The notes beneath the pieces were generated by a model. It was not told where the DNA came from, did no database searches, and was given only the letters and a program-made list of their open reading frames with translations. A DNA stretch of 64,000 nucleotides from an uncultured Bacteroidales bacterium (GTDB lineage: Bacteria; Bacteroidota; Bacteroidia; Bacteroidales; UBA932), in the NCBI GenBank assembly GCA_900317925.1, contig ONIQ01000001.1:18300-82299 (forward strand), read 5' to 3'. Position numbers and translations under genes: made by a program. Shown here one piece after another: positions 18,437-27,303 of this stretch (the first letter of the stretch is position 1; the number at the start of each line of letters is the position of its first letter).

Positions 18437-18464
18437 AAAGAGCGCGGATTATTCTGCGCTCTTT
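18437..18464 (-). terminator. Terminator-like hairpin over the rpmF stop
   Basis: AAAGAGCGCGGA-TTAT-TCTGCGCTCTTT; pyrimidine tail on minus. Confidence 0.65.
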
Positions 18465-18631
18465 TCAATGATCTGACGGCCGCGATAGTAGCCGCACTCG
18501 GGGCAGACCCTGTGATAGAGCACCGTTGCACCGCAGTTGGGGCAGGTAGCCAGGGTGGGGACGGGAGCGAAATCATGGGTTCTTCTCTTGTCCCTTCTCT
18601 GCTTAGAGAGTTTGTGTTTCGGATGTGCCAT
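18449..18631 (-). CDS. rpmF: 50S ribosomal protein L32
   Basis: MAHPKHKLSKQRRDKRRTH...CPNCG...HRVCPECGYYRG. Confidence 0.97.
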   Translation of the reverse strand: MAHPKHKLSKQRRDKRRTHDFAPVPTLATCPNCGATVLYHRVCPECGYYRGRQIIEKSAE

Positions 18632-18665
18632 TTCGTTTGTATTTAAAATTAATATTATTCACTAT

Positions 18666-19190
18666 TTATTCACTTTCCTTCAAAAGGTTCTTCAGTCCGG
18701 CAAAAGGACTCTCCAAAACAGGAGCGGTTTCCTGTACAGGTTCCTCCGCAAGCAGATAGCGGCTTGCGGCAGGATCGCACCCCCCGTCCGGATGGACCTT
18801 GTGGAGCGGGATCGAGGTGCAAACGTAGTCGTACACGACCTGACCGAGGTCAACACCTTCGGCAAGGGGGTCGTCGAGAACGATCTCGCGCCCATCTACC
18901 TCCTCTCCTTCTTCCTCGCCGCCAGCACCGACCCGAAGCAAGGCGGTTGCCGAAACCGGAAGTTCTACTTCCGCAAGGCAACGGTCGCACGGGACACCGA
19001 CGCGGCCTTCCATGATGCAGTCAATATCCACCGTCCGGCCCGATTTGCGGACCAACACGCGAACGGACACCGAAGCATTCAGGATATCCGGATTACCGTA
19101 ACTGGCAAAGAACGCTTCCCCGACCTCCAGGCGGAACTCGGTTGCGCCTTGGGCCAACCCGTTTACCGGTATGACAAAGGATTCATTCAT
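18666..19190 (-). CDS. YceD/DUF177 family protein
   Basis: CDRCL motif, upstream of rpmF; TACCTTTG box at 19216-19223 (-). Confidence 0.9.
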   Translation of the reverse strand: MNESFVIPVNGLAQGATEFRLEVGEAFFASYGNPDILNASVSVRVLVRKSGRTVDIDCIMEGRVGVPCDRCLAEVELPVSATALLRVGAGGEEEGEEVDGREIVLDDPLAEGVDLGQVVYDYVCTSIPLHKVHPDGGCDPAASRYLLAEEPVQETAPVLESPFAGLKNLLKESE

Positions 19191-19252
19191 AAACCCGATT
19201 CACGGATAAGGGATGCAAAGGTAGGAATTTTTTTTCGAATTACAAGAAAAAA

Positions 19253-20086
19253 CTATCTCTTCTTCTTAGGGAGTATATAGCGCACGTAGCCCACGTGAAT
19301 TGAGAACACTTCGGCGTTCCGATTCAGCCCGAAAGAAGACATGGAAGCCTGATTATTCTCCTTTCCCACACCTTGCTGCTTGTCCTGGTGGGTATGGGTG
19401 TAACCGACACTCACGATTGGGACACTGAGCGTAAGGGCACTGTTGTCGCGCAGGCGCACACAAAGGCCACCGGCCAGTTTGATACCGGCTCCCCACGCGG
19501 TAGTATTACGACGGCGGCCCTCTTTCTCAATGTTATCTTCATCCAAAGGCCAGGACTTCACCCATCCGTAGTTTCCATACAGGCGGCCTTCTCCGAAAAC
19601 GGCAAACATCTTGCTGCCGAAAAAGGACACATAGCGACGGGCCGCGAGAGAGGCGCCGAAGGAATTGCTGTTCATGTGCCGGCACATAAGCCGCAGGTTC
19701 AGTTCCGGATCATCCGAGCCCGTCACCTGACGAATATCCAACTTTAAATCAGAATCAAGCGTATAACCGGTATATTCCAGGCGGACGCCGATGGAAAAAT
19801 CGTCGGCGGCAAACCAGGAATAACTGGGGGCGATGCTATAATAGTGAAGGGATCCGTTGCCGATGTTAAGCATGGATAAAATATGATAGCCGTCTCCATC
19901 CTGCTCGCCACCCGCATTGAAGTAACGATAGGTACCGGAAACGCCGGCGGCCCGGTGTCCTTTGGAGATGAAAACAGTACGACCCTTGGAAGGATCCGTA
20001 AAGCGGTCCAGGATACCGGACTCCTGGGTCTGTGCAAATGCAGACAGGCACAGGAGGGAACACGCTATAACCAAAACACGTTTCAT
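19253..20086 (-). CDS. Putative outer-membrane beta-barrel protein
   Basis: Start MKRVLVIACSLLCLSAFAQ at 20086 (longer ORF-track frame is shadow); alternating aromatic beta strands; TACCTTTG box at 20124-20131. Confidence 0.7.
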   Translation of the reverse strand: MKRVLVIACSLLCLSAFAQTQESGILDRFTDPSKGRTVFISKGHRAAGVSGTYRYFNAGGEQDGDGYHILSMLNIGNGSLHYYSIAPSYSWFAADDFSIGVRLEYTGYTLDSDLKLDIRQVTGSDDPELNLRLMCRHMNSNSFGASLAARRYVSFFGSKMFAVFGEGRLYGNYGWVKSWPLDEDNIEKEGRRRNTTAWGAGIKLAGGLCVRLRDNSALTLSVPIVSVGYTHTHQDKQQGVGKENNQASMSSFGLNRNAEVFSIHVGYVRYILPKKKR

Positions 20087-20179
20087 AGGTCCTGATAATC
20101 GATTATTCAAAAGTAATTGGGCGCAAAGGTATGAAAAAAAACGGGAATTCCGTGAAAAAGCCGTATCTTTACTATTTGT

Positions 20180-20680
20180 ATGAGAAAAGTACTGCTCCTT
20201 GCCGCCTTGTTGCTGCCATTGGCTGCCCAGGCCGGCCCGAAATACTCCCTGCTGGTGGACAAAGGCGCGTTCACCCTCTCGGTGCTGGACAAAGCGGGCC
20301 AGGCCGTCAAGACCTTCCCCGTCGCCACGGGCGAGAACGCAGGCCGCAAACGCAGGGCCGGCGACGCCAAGACGCCCGAAGGGACCTTCACCGTGACCTG
20401 GATCCAGAATACGCGCGGCGTGCTGTACGACTACCACGACGGCCACGGGCTGGTAGAGGCTTACGGGCCGTGGTTCATCCACCTGGAAACGGGCTTCAAA
20501 GCCATCGGCATCCACGGGTCCTGCCCGCATCGCGACGACCGCATCGGAACCCGCGACAGCAAGGGCTGCATCCGCCTGCACAACGCCGACCTCCTGGAAC
20601 TTCTCCCCTATGTAGAAAAGGGGACGAAAGTGATCATCCTCCCGGGGCCGGAAGACGCGCGCGTGGACGAGGATTTGTAA
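20180..20680 (+). CDS. L,D-transpeptidase (YkuD) family protein
   Basis: Signal peptide; TPEGTF, IGIHG...SKGCIRLHN. Confidence 0.9.
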   Translation: MRKVLLLAALLLPLAAQAGPKYSLLVDKGAFTLSVLDKAGQAVKTFPVATGENAGRKRRAGDAKTPEGTFTVTWIQNTRGVLYDYHDGHGLVEAYGPWFIHLETGFKAIGIHGSCPHRDDRIGTRDSKGCIRLHNADLLELLPYVEKGTKVIILPGPEDARVDEDL

Positions 20681-20697
20681 GCCCGCACTTTTTTCCG

Positions 20698-20705
20698 TAT
20701 TTTTG
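20698..20705 (+). promoter_or_regulatory. -7 promoter box for prfB-kinase-nucleotidyltransferase unit
   Basis: TATTTTTG 20 nt before ATG 20726. Confidence 0.55.
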
Positions 20706-20725
20706 TAAGTTATTTGAGTTCCGAC

Positions 20726-21826
20726 ATGACGACCATCGAACAGATAAAAGACCTCCACAAACGAATCGACACCCTCCGGGATTGTCTGGACATTTCCGGC
20801 AAGCGCGCGCAGGTGGAATCCCTGCAGAAAAAGACGGAAGCCGCCGATTTCTGGGACGATCCCAAGGCCGCACAGGCCTTCCTGAAGAACCTGAGCCGCG
20901 TCAAGGCATGGGTCATTGACTATGACAAGGCCCATTCGTCGGTCGAAGACCTGGATGTCCTCTACGAATTCAACGAAACCGAAGACCTGGACGCTTCGTA
21001 CGAAGAAGCCGTCAAACAGGTGGAAAACCTGGAGCTGAAAAACATGTTGGGGGCTGAGGGAGACAACCTGGGGGCCGTCCTCACCATCAATTCGGGGGCC
21101 GGCGGCACCGAAGCCAACGACTGGAGCGCCATGCTCATGCGCATGTACCTGCGCTGGGCCGAGCGGAACGGCTACAAGGCCGACGTGACCGGCCTGGTGG
21201 ACGGCGATGAAGCCGGTATCAAATCCGTTACGGTGGAAATTGAAGGAGACTATGCCTACGGCTACTTGAAGGCCGAAAACGGCGTCCACCGCCTGGTGCG
21301 CATCTCCCCTTTCAATGCCCAGGGCAAACGCCAGACCACCTTCTCCTCGGTCTTTGTCTATCCCCTCGTGGACGACAGCATCAACATCGAAATCAAGGAA
21401 TCCGACCTGGAATGGGACACCTTCCGCAGTGGCGGCCACGGCGGCCAGAACGTAAACAAGGTGGAAACCGGCGTGCGCGTACGCCACGTCCCTACGGGCA
21501 TCGTGGTTGAAAATACCGAAGGCCGCACCCAGATCGGCAACAAAGAAAACGCGCTGCGTATCCTGAAATCCCGTCTGTACGACATTGAGCTCAAGAAACG
21601 CCAGGAAAAACAGGCCGAATTGGAAGGACAGAAGAAACGCATCGAATGGGGGTCCCAGATCCGGTCCTATGTCCTCCATCCCTACAAGATGGTCAAAGAC
21701 CTGCGCACCGGTCTGTCCACCGCCGACACCCAGGGCGTCCTGGACGGTGACCTGGATGCCTTCATGCGCGCTTTCCTGATGCAACAGGGAAGCGGCGTCA
21801 CACCCGTTATCGAAGATATCGACTAA
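20726..21826 (+). CDS. prfB: Peptide chain release factor 2, no frameshift
   Basis: GAGGTEANDW, SPF motif, GGQNVNKVET, WGSQIRSY; single continuous frame. Confidence 0.97.
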   Translation: MTTIEQIKDLHKRIDTLRDCLDISGKRAQVESLQKKTEAADFWDDPKAAQAFLKNLSRVKAWVIDYDKAHSSVEDLDVLYEFNETEDLDASYEEAVKQVENLELKNMLGAEGDNLGAVLTINSGAGGTEANDWSAMLMRMYLRWAERNGYKADVTGLVDGDEAGIKSVTVEIEGDYAYGYLKAENGVHRLVRISPFNAQGKRQTTFSSVFVYPLVDDSINIEIKESDLEWDTFRSGGHGGQNVNKVETGVRVRHVPTGIVVENTEGRTQIGNKENALRILKSRLYDIELKKRQEKQAELEGQKKRIEWGSQIRSYVLHPYKMVKDLRTGLSTADTQGVLDGDLDAFMRAFLMQQGSGVTPVIEDID

Positions 21827-21830
21827 CCGC

Positions 21831-23009
21831 ATGCATATGGAATGTATCGAAAAATTTGAATCCATCTACCGGAAGAGCCCCGAGGATGTCGCCTTCTGCC
21901 CCTACCGGGTCTGCCCCGTAGGTGCTCACAGCGACCACCAGCTGGGCAAGATTACCGGCTTCGCCATCGACAAGGGCATCCACATCGCCTATGGCCCCAA
22001 AGCCAACGGCGTCGTGGAACTGGCCTCCCTGCAATTCGACAAACGCGCCCAGTGGCACGTCCGCGACGTTCCCGAGGTGAAATGCAACGACTGGGCCGAC
22101 TACCTGCGCGGTGCCACCCTCGAACTGAACAACCGCTATACCCTGCGGACCGGCATGAGCGGTGTCATCCAGGGAAGCCTCCCCATCGGCGGCCTTTCCT
22201 CGTCGGCGGCTGTGACCATCGTATTCCTCACCGCCCTGTGCCGGGTGAACGGAATCCGGATTTCGCCCGCCGAGCTCATCGATATCGCCCTCCACGCCGA
22301 AACGGACTATGTGGGCGTGTCCGTTGGCAAACTGGACCAGAGCTGCGAAGTCTATTCGCGCGCGCACCAGCTGCTGTACCTCGACACGAAGGACGACAGC
22401 TATGAACTCATTCCCGAGCAGCCGGGCATCCAACCGTGGAAGATCGCCATCTTCTTCTCGGGCATCGAGCGCAACCTCTCCGGCAGCAAATTCAACATGC
22501 GGGTCGATGAAGTCCGCTCCGCGGCCTATGCCTTGAAAGCCTACGCGGGCATGGAGTACGGAAAATTCAAGGAAACGCACTGCCGCGAAGTCCCGCGCGA
22601 AGTTTACGAACAATTCAAGGACCGCCTGCCCGAAACGTGGCGGCGCCGGGCCGAACATTTCTATTCGGAATTCGCCCGCGTGGAACAGGCCGCCGAAGCC
22701 TGGCGCAAGGGCGATATTGCCGAACTGGGCCGCATTTCAACCCAAAGCGGCGCCTCGTCCATCTACAATTGGGAGACCGGATCGCCCGAACTCAAGGCCC
22801 TGTACGAAATCATGACACACCAGGACGGCGTGTACGGAGGCCGCTTCAGCGGTGCCGGTTTCAAAGGTTGCTGCATGGCCCTGATCCATCCCGATTATGA
22901 AGAGCAGATTGCCCGGAACGTGGAAGAGGCCTACCTGAAGGTCTTCCCCGCCCTGCGTGGCAAATACCTGTATTGCGGTTGTGAATCCTCTGACGGCGTT
23001 ACCCTATGA
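21831..23009 (+). CDS. GHMP sugar kinase, galacturonokinase-like
   Basis: PYRVCPVGAHSDHQ, GGLSSSAA, GKLDQ, RAEHFYSE, GGRFSGAGFKGC. Confidence 0.85.
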   Translation: MHMECIEKFESIYRKSPEDVAFCPYRVCPVGAHSDHQLGKITGFAIDKGIHIAYGPKANGVVELASLQFDKRAQWHVRDVPEVKCNDWADYLRGATLELNNRYTLRTGMSGVIQGSLPIGGLSSSAAVTIVFLTALCRVNGIRISPAELIDIALHAETDYVGVSVGKLDQSCEVYSRAHQLLYLDTKDDSYELIPEQPGIQPWKIAIFFSGIERNLSGSKFNMRVDEVRSAAYALKAYAGMEYGKFKETHCREVPREVYEQFKDRLPETWRRRAEHFYSEFARVEQAAEAWRKGDIAELGRISTQSGASSIYNWETGSPELKALYEIMTHQDGVYGGRFSGAGFKGCCMALIHPDYEEQIARNVEEAYLKVFPALRGKYLYCGCESSDGVTL

Positions 23010-23734
23010 AATGTCTGATCCTCGCTGCGGGCTATGCGACCCGCCTGTATCCGCTCACGGAAAATTTTCCCAAGCCCCTTTTGAAAGTGGGCGATAAAAC
23101 CATTCTGGACTGGCTCATCGACGACATCCGTTCCAGCGGCATTGTGGACGAGTTCGCCGTGGTAACCAACCATCGCTTTGCGCCCATCTTCCGCGAATGG
23201 GCCCCGGTGGGCGTTACCATCGTAGATGACGGAACCTCTACCAACGAGACGCGTCTGGGGGCCGTAAAAGACATCCAGTTCGCCATCGAGTCCCTGGCCC
23301 TGGACGATGACCTGCTGGTCATCGCCGGCGATAACGTCTTGGATTTCAGCCTGGTGAAGTTCATCGACTACGCCCGCACAAAGGGCACGAGTTGCATCAT
23401 GCGCTACTTCGAGCCCGATGAGGCCCGCCTGCACAAATGCGGCATCGTGGAGACCGATGCCGAGGACCGCGTCCTGTCGATGGAGGAGAAGCCAGCCCAG
23501 CCCCGTTCCCACTGGTGCTGTCCACCTTTTTATTATTATACGAAGGCCGGCGCCCGGCTGGTCGCCCGGGGAATCGAAGCGGGTTGCGGCACCGACGCAC
23601 CCGGCTCGTACATTGCCTGGCTCTGCACCCAGACAAGCGTCCACGCCATGGAAATGCCCGGCAGTCGCTACGATATCGGCAACCTGGAAAGCTACCGAAC
23701 CGTTTGCGAAACGTATAAAGGGATTACCCGCTAG
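23006..23734 (+). CDS. Sugar-1-phosphate nucleotidyltransferase
   Basis: ILAAGYATRLYPLT..PKPLL, RLGAVKD, IAGDN, EEKP, DIG; ATGA overlap with kinase. Confidence 0.9.
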   Translation: MKCLILAAGYATRLYPLTENFPKPLLKVGDKTILDWLIDDIRSSGIVDEFAVVTNHRFAPIFREWAPVGVTIVDDGTSTNETRLGAVKDIQFAIESLALDDDLLVIAGDNVLDFSLVKFIDYARTKGTSCIMRYFEPDEARLHKCGIVETDAEDRVLSMEEKPAQPRSHWCCPPFYYYTKAGARLVARGIEAGCGTDAPGSYIAWLCTQTSVHAMEMPGSRYDIGNLESYRTVCETYKGITR

Positions 23735-24271
23735 TTATTTCGACTCAAAAAACGAAAAATGCACCCGCCCGTAAACCTTCTCCTTGACAAAGAAGGGATG
23801 GGCAGCGAAGTTGTGCTCATCGCCGTGCTCCAGGATAAAATAGCAGCCGGGATGCAGGAGATTGCGTGACAGGACCTGGTCGGGCAGGGTTTCCAGTCCT
23901 TCCAAGGCATAGGGCGGATCAGCAAAAACCAGGTCGAACTTCTCCCGGCACAGCGGCAGGAAATCGAAAACATTCGCCCGCACCATGGTCACATTCGCCA
24001 GGCCCAGACGATCGGCCTCCCGCTTGATAAACGTCGCATTTTCCCGTGCCATTTCTACACTATAGACACGGGCGGCCCCCCGGGAGGCAAATTCAAAGGC
24101 AATGGCGCCGGTCCCTCCGAAAAGGTCCAGCACCTTCAAGTCTTCGAATTCGTATTCGTTGTTCAGGACGTTGAAAAGACCTTCCCGGGCAAAATCCGTC
24201 GTGGGACGTGCCTTATAGCCGGAAGGCGGCTGAATCAGCTTGCCTTTCAAGGCTCCTCCGATGATCCTCAT
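23735..24271 (-). CDS. rsmD: 16S rRNA m2G966 methyltransferase
   Basis: MRIIGG...RPTTD..REGLFN, LDLFGGTG, DPPY, EH; start 24271. Confidence 0.93.
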   Translation of the reverse strand: MRIIGGALKGKLIQPPSGYKARPTTDFAREGLFNVLNNEYEFEDLKVLDLFGGTGAIAFEFASRGAARVYSVEMARENATFIKREADRLGLANVTMVRANVFDFLPLCREKFDLVFADPPYALEGLETLPDQVLSRNLLHPGCYFILEHGDEHNFAAHPFFVKEKVYGRVHFSFFESK

Positions 24272-24936
24272 ACCTGCTCGACCGCCTTGAAATACCGATA
24301 CAGCGACAATTCGTCTTCCGTGTCCAGCGGGGTGCGGAAGGTAATGGTCGTCACTTCCGGATTCAGCTGCAACTTTTTCATGGCCAGGAAAATAAAGTAC
24401 TCGGCCGTTGTAAAATCCACCGCATCGTACGTATTGGCCAGCAAGAGGCTCTTGCCCTGGGCGATGGCCAGGTTCAGCAAGCCGTCGTGATACGAGGCCA
24501 GCATCTTGTTGTATTCCTTGCACAAAGGCAGGTCCCGGAGGATATAATACAATTCCGGAAGCACCTCGGCACGATTCCCGGACGAGGTAAAGAGGGTCTG
24601 GGAAAGGACCTTGGAAAGGGACTCGCCGATGGTGTTGGAATAGACCAGCATCGCACCGAATTCCGGGACATCGATCCAGGAAACGGCATCTTCCTCTTTC
24701 AGTTTCACGACATCGGAAAGGATGCTGCGGGCAGCCGCCGACTCAAAACAGGGGGTCGGGACCAGCGCACATTTGGGGGTGAACAGGGATATTTCCACCT
24801 CGTCGTACCGGCGCTGGAGTTCCGGGGTTGTAAAAACACGGTCGGGACCGAGCCAGCCTGAGCCAGTGGTTCCGACCTTGAAAGCGAATCCGCTCAATGA
24901 AACTTGAACAGATATCCTACTCCCAGTTACCGGCAT
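24268..24936 (-). CDS. DUF3822 family protein
   Basis: ISVQVSLSGFAF, ANTY...TAEYFIF, position upstream of rsmD; start uncertain. Confidence 0.75.
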   Translation of the reverse strand: MPVTGSRISVQVSLSGFAFKVGTTGSGWLGPDRVFTTPELQRRYDEVEISLFTPKCALVPTPCFESAAARSILSDVVKLKEEDAVSWIDVPEFGAMLVYSNTIGESLSKVLSQTLFTSSGNRAEVLPELYYILRDLPLCKEYNKMLASYHDGLLNLAIAQGKSLLLANTYDAVDFTTAEYFIFLAMKKLQLNPEVTTITFRTPLDTEDELSLYRYFKAVEQV

Positions 24937-25609
24937 TGTTGTTAGGAGCGGTAACGCTGCCTACCTGCAGGCCCTTGAAATGGCCCTGCGTCTCGCGCTC
25001 GGCGTCGAGGTTGATGCGCAGCTGCTTGTTAACATCGTCCAGGAAAGCACGGTAAGGCATGCGGGCCTCGAAAAGGGGCACATCCACACCGGAGACCTTG
25101 CGGACCGTTGCTTCCATTTCCACAGGCTGCTGACCGGAGAACGGGATATACTTCAAAGAATCTACGACAAAATCGGTGCGATTGTGGAAAAGGGTATCCT
25201 TCACGGCAATCTTGCTCTCAACCGCGAAAACGAGGTTCTTGTCACCTGCCAGATACATCTTGTACAGATCGGCCGGGGTGATCTTGCGGTTGGCCTTCTT
25301 CACAGCCTCGGTATGGGCCATGGCCAGGGAGTCATCCTTGGAACCCACCTGCATGACCACCTTCATTTCACCCTTTTTGTAGAAGTCGCAAAGGGAGTCC
25401 ACGGTGGACACGAAACGACCGGTAACGCTCTTGTAGGCCACCTGCAAATCGCGAATGTCTTTCAGACGCTGGATGGCGACAGCCTCGCGGCGAGCCTTCT
25501 CCTTGTTGAAGTTAACGGGCTCCATGATGCCCTGATAAATGAGATAGACCAGGCCTATGCAGACCAGGAAGAGCACGACGCTCAAAATCTTTTTTGCAAT
25601 TCCGTTCAT
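24917..25609 (-). CDS. Conserved Bacteroidetes hypothetical membrane-anchored protein
   Basis: N-terminal TM, RLKDIR.LQ.AY, LQVGS...NNNAGNWE; TAACTTTG box at 25648-25655 (-). Confidence 0.8.
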   Translation of the reverse strand: MNGIAKKILSVVLFLVCIGLVYLIYQGIMEPVNFNKEKARREAVAIQRLKDIRDLQVAYKSVTGRFVSTVDSLCDFYKKGEMKVVMQVGSKDDSLAMAHTEAVKKANRKITPADLYKMYLAGDKNLVFAVESKIAVKDTLFHNRTDFVVDSLKYIPFSGQQPVEMEATVRKVSGVDVPLFEARMPYRAFLDDVNKQLRINLDAERETQGHFKGLQVGSVTAPNNNAGNWE

Positions 25610-25709
25610 TGGGTATCTTAATTTTTATTTTTATTCAAAAGTTCTGACAAAGTTAAAAAAATGATTTATGAAATGCAATATAATTTGTAATTTTGCACCA
25701 GAAAATAAA

Positions 25710-26753
25710 ATGATGAAACCGTTCAGGAAAGAGGCTATCCGTTTATTAGACAGTTTCTTCGCCCAGGCGAAGAGGGTGACGCTCGTGACCCATACCCATC
25801 CCGATGGAGATGCGGTCGGGTGCACGGTGGCGCTTCAGGCCTTCCTGAAGCGCGTCTATCGGACCGATGTCCGGATCATTTATCCCGATCCGATTGCCGC
25901 CCGCCTGCGTTTCCTGGTCAATCGGGTCCAGCCCATCGTGGCGTCCAGGCAACCCGATGCCGCCCGGAATCGCCTGGCGGAAACGGACTTGCTCGTCTGC
26001 CTGGACTGCAACGGTTTTTCCCGGGTGGAAGGCTTGAAAGACATGCTGGCGGACTCCCCCGCCCGGAAGGTTCTCATCGACCATCATCTGAATCCCGATG
26101 CCGCTTCCTTCGACCTGGTTTTCTCCGAGACGGAAGTTTCCTCGGCCTGCGAGTTGCTCTATCACATCCTGATGGCCCTTCCGGCCGTTGCGGGAAAGGC
26201 TTCCCGGCTGGGACGGCAGGCTGCCCGCGCGCTGATGTCCGGTATGACGACGGACACGAACAATTTTGCCAATTCCGTCTGGCCGACCACCTTCGGCATG
26301 GCCTCCGCCCTGCTCGCCACGGGCGTAGATCGGGATGCCCTCCTGCAGCGCCTGTACCAGACCTATCCGGAAGACCGGATCCGCCTGCAGGGCCTGCTGC
26401 TGAAAGATCTGCTGCGCATCACCCCGAAAGGGGTGGCCTATATGGTCCTGGACCGCCAGACCCAGCGCCACTTTTTCCTTCAGGAAGGGGATACGGAAGG
26501 GTTCGTCAACCTTCCCCTGGCCATCCGGAAAGTGCGGATGAGCCTCTTCCTCCGGGAAGAGAACGGTGTGTTCCGCGTATCGATCCGTTCCAAGAAGGGA
26601 ACATCGGCCAATACCCTGGCCGCCCGGTATTTCTGCGGCGGCGGACACGAACTGGCGGCCGGCGGCAAATTCATCCCGACCCGGGACCGGGACAAGGCGG
26701 CCGAAGCGGAAGCCTTCATCGAACGTATAACCGAAGAATTCCTGTCCGAATGA
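25710..26753 (+). CDS. DHH/DHHA1 phosphoesterase (NrnA-like)
   Basis: HTHPDGDAVG, LIDHH, TDTNNF, SIRS, GGGHELAAGG; TAATTTTG box at 25688. Confidence 0.92.
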   Translation: MMKPFRKEAIRLLDSFFAQAKRVTLVTHTHPDGDAVGCTVALQAFLKRVYRTDVRIIYPDPIAARLRFLVNRVQPIVASRQPDAARNRLAETDLLVCLDCNGFSRVEGLKDMLADSPARKVLIDHHLNPDAASFDLVFSETEVSSACELLYHILMALPAVAGKASRLGRQAARALMSGMTTDTNNFANSVWPTTFGMASALLATGVDRDALLQRLYQTYPEDRIRLQGLLLKDLLRITPKGVAYMVLDRQTQRHFFLQEGDTEGFVNLPLAIRKVRMSLFLREENGVFRVSIRSKKGTSANTLAARYFCGGGHELAAGGKFIPTRDRDKAAEAEAFIERITEEFLSE

Positions 26754-27301
26754 AACCCCTCCATTATATTCTGTCCTGCAGCATCCTGGCTGCCGTCGCC
26801 CTCCTTTCCTGTTCCAAGGAAACGGAGACCCTGTTCGGGAACCAGGAGAAAAAGATTGAGAGCTATGTACAGACGTTGCTGAAAAGCCACGAAGGCGCCT
26901 TTGTCTGCTACCAGGACGGCGTGACCCGCGTCACGGTGAAACGGACGGCCGCAGAAACGGAGGATTCGCTGAATACCGACGGTCTGGCAGCCCTCTGGTA
27001 TGCCGGCTATACCTTTACGGGCAGCGTTTCTGTCTCGAATCTGTTTACGACCAATTATACGGAAGTGACCAATACCTGGGCCGTTTCCGACTCCAGCATT
27101 TTCAAAATCGCCATGGTACGGCCTTCGGAGGGCGAATTGGTAGACGGACTCCGCCGCGGGTTACCGGGCGTAAAAGCCGGAGACGAGTGCTATATCCTCT
27201 TTTCCGGCAAATATGGCTTCGGTGACCGCATTCTCGGCACGATTCCTGCAAATGCTGCATTGGCCTACCATATTTGGGTCCAAAGCATATCGAACGAATG
27301 A
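26750..27301 (+). CDS. FKBP-type PPIase lipoprotein
   Basis: Lipobox LLSC; GLRRGL.GVKAG, YGFG, IPANAALAY; ATGA overlap with DHH gene. Confidence 0.8.
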   Translation: MKPLHYILSCSILAAVALLSCSKETETLFGNQEKKIESYVQTLLKSHEGAFVCYQDGVTRVTVKRTAAETEDSLNTDGLAALWYAGYTFTGSVSVSNLFTTNYTEVTNTWAVSDSSIFKIAMVRPSEGELVDGLRRGLPGVKAGDECYILFSGKYGFGDRILGTIPANAALAYHIWVQSISNE

Positions 27302-27303
27302 GT

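Noticed and set aside
20087-21865. Upstream part of the 870-aa minus ORF
   Set aside because: Antisense to prfB and the L,D-transpeptidase; the real gene starts at 20086 with a signal peptide.
25820-26749. 493-aa ORF apparently fusing into the first FKBP gene
   Set aside because: Alternative frame of the DHH gene; the FKBP lipoprotein starts at 26750.
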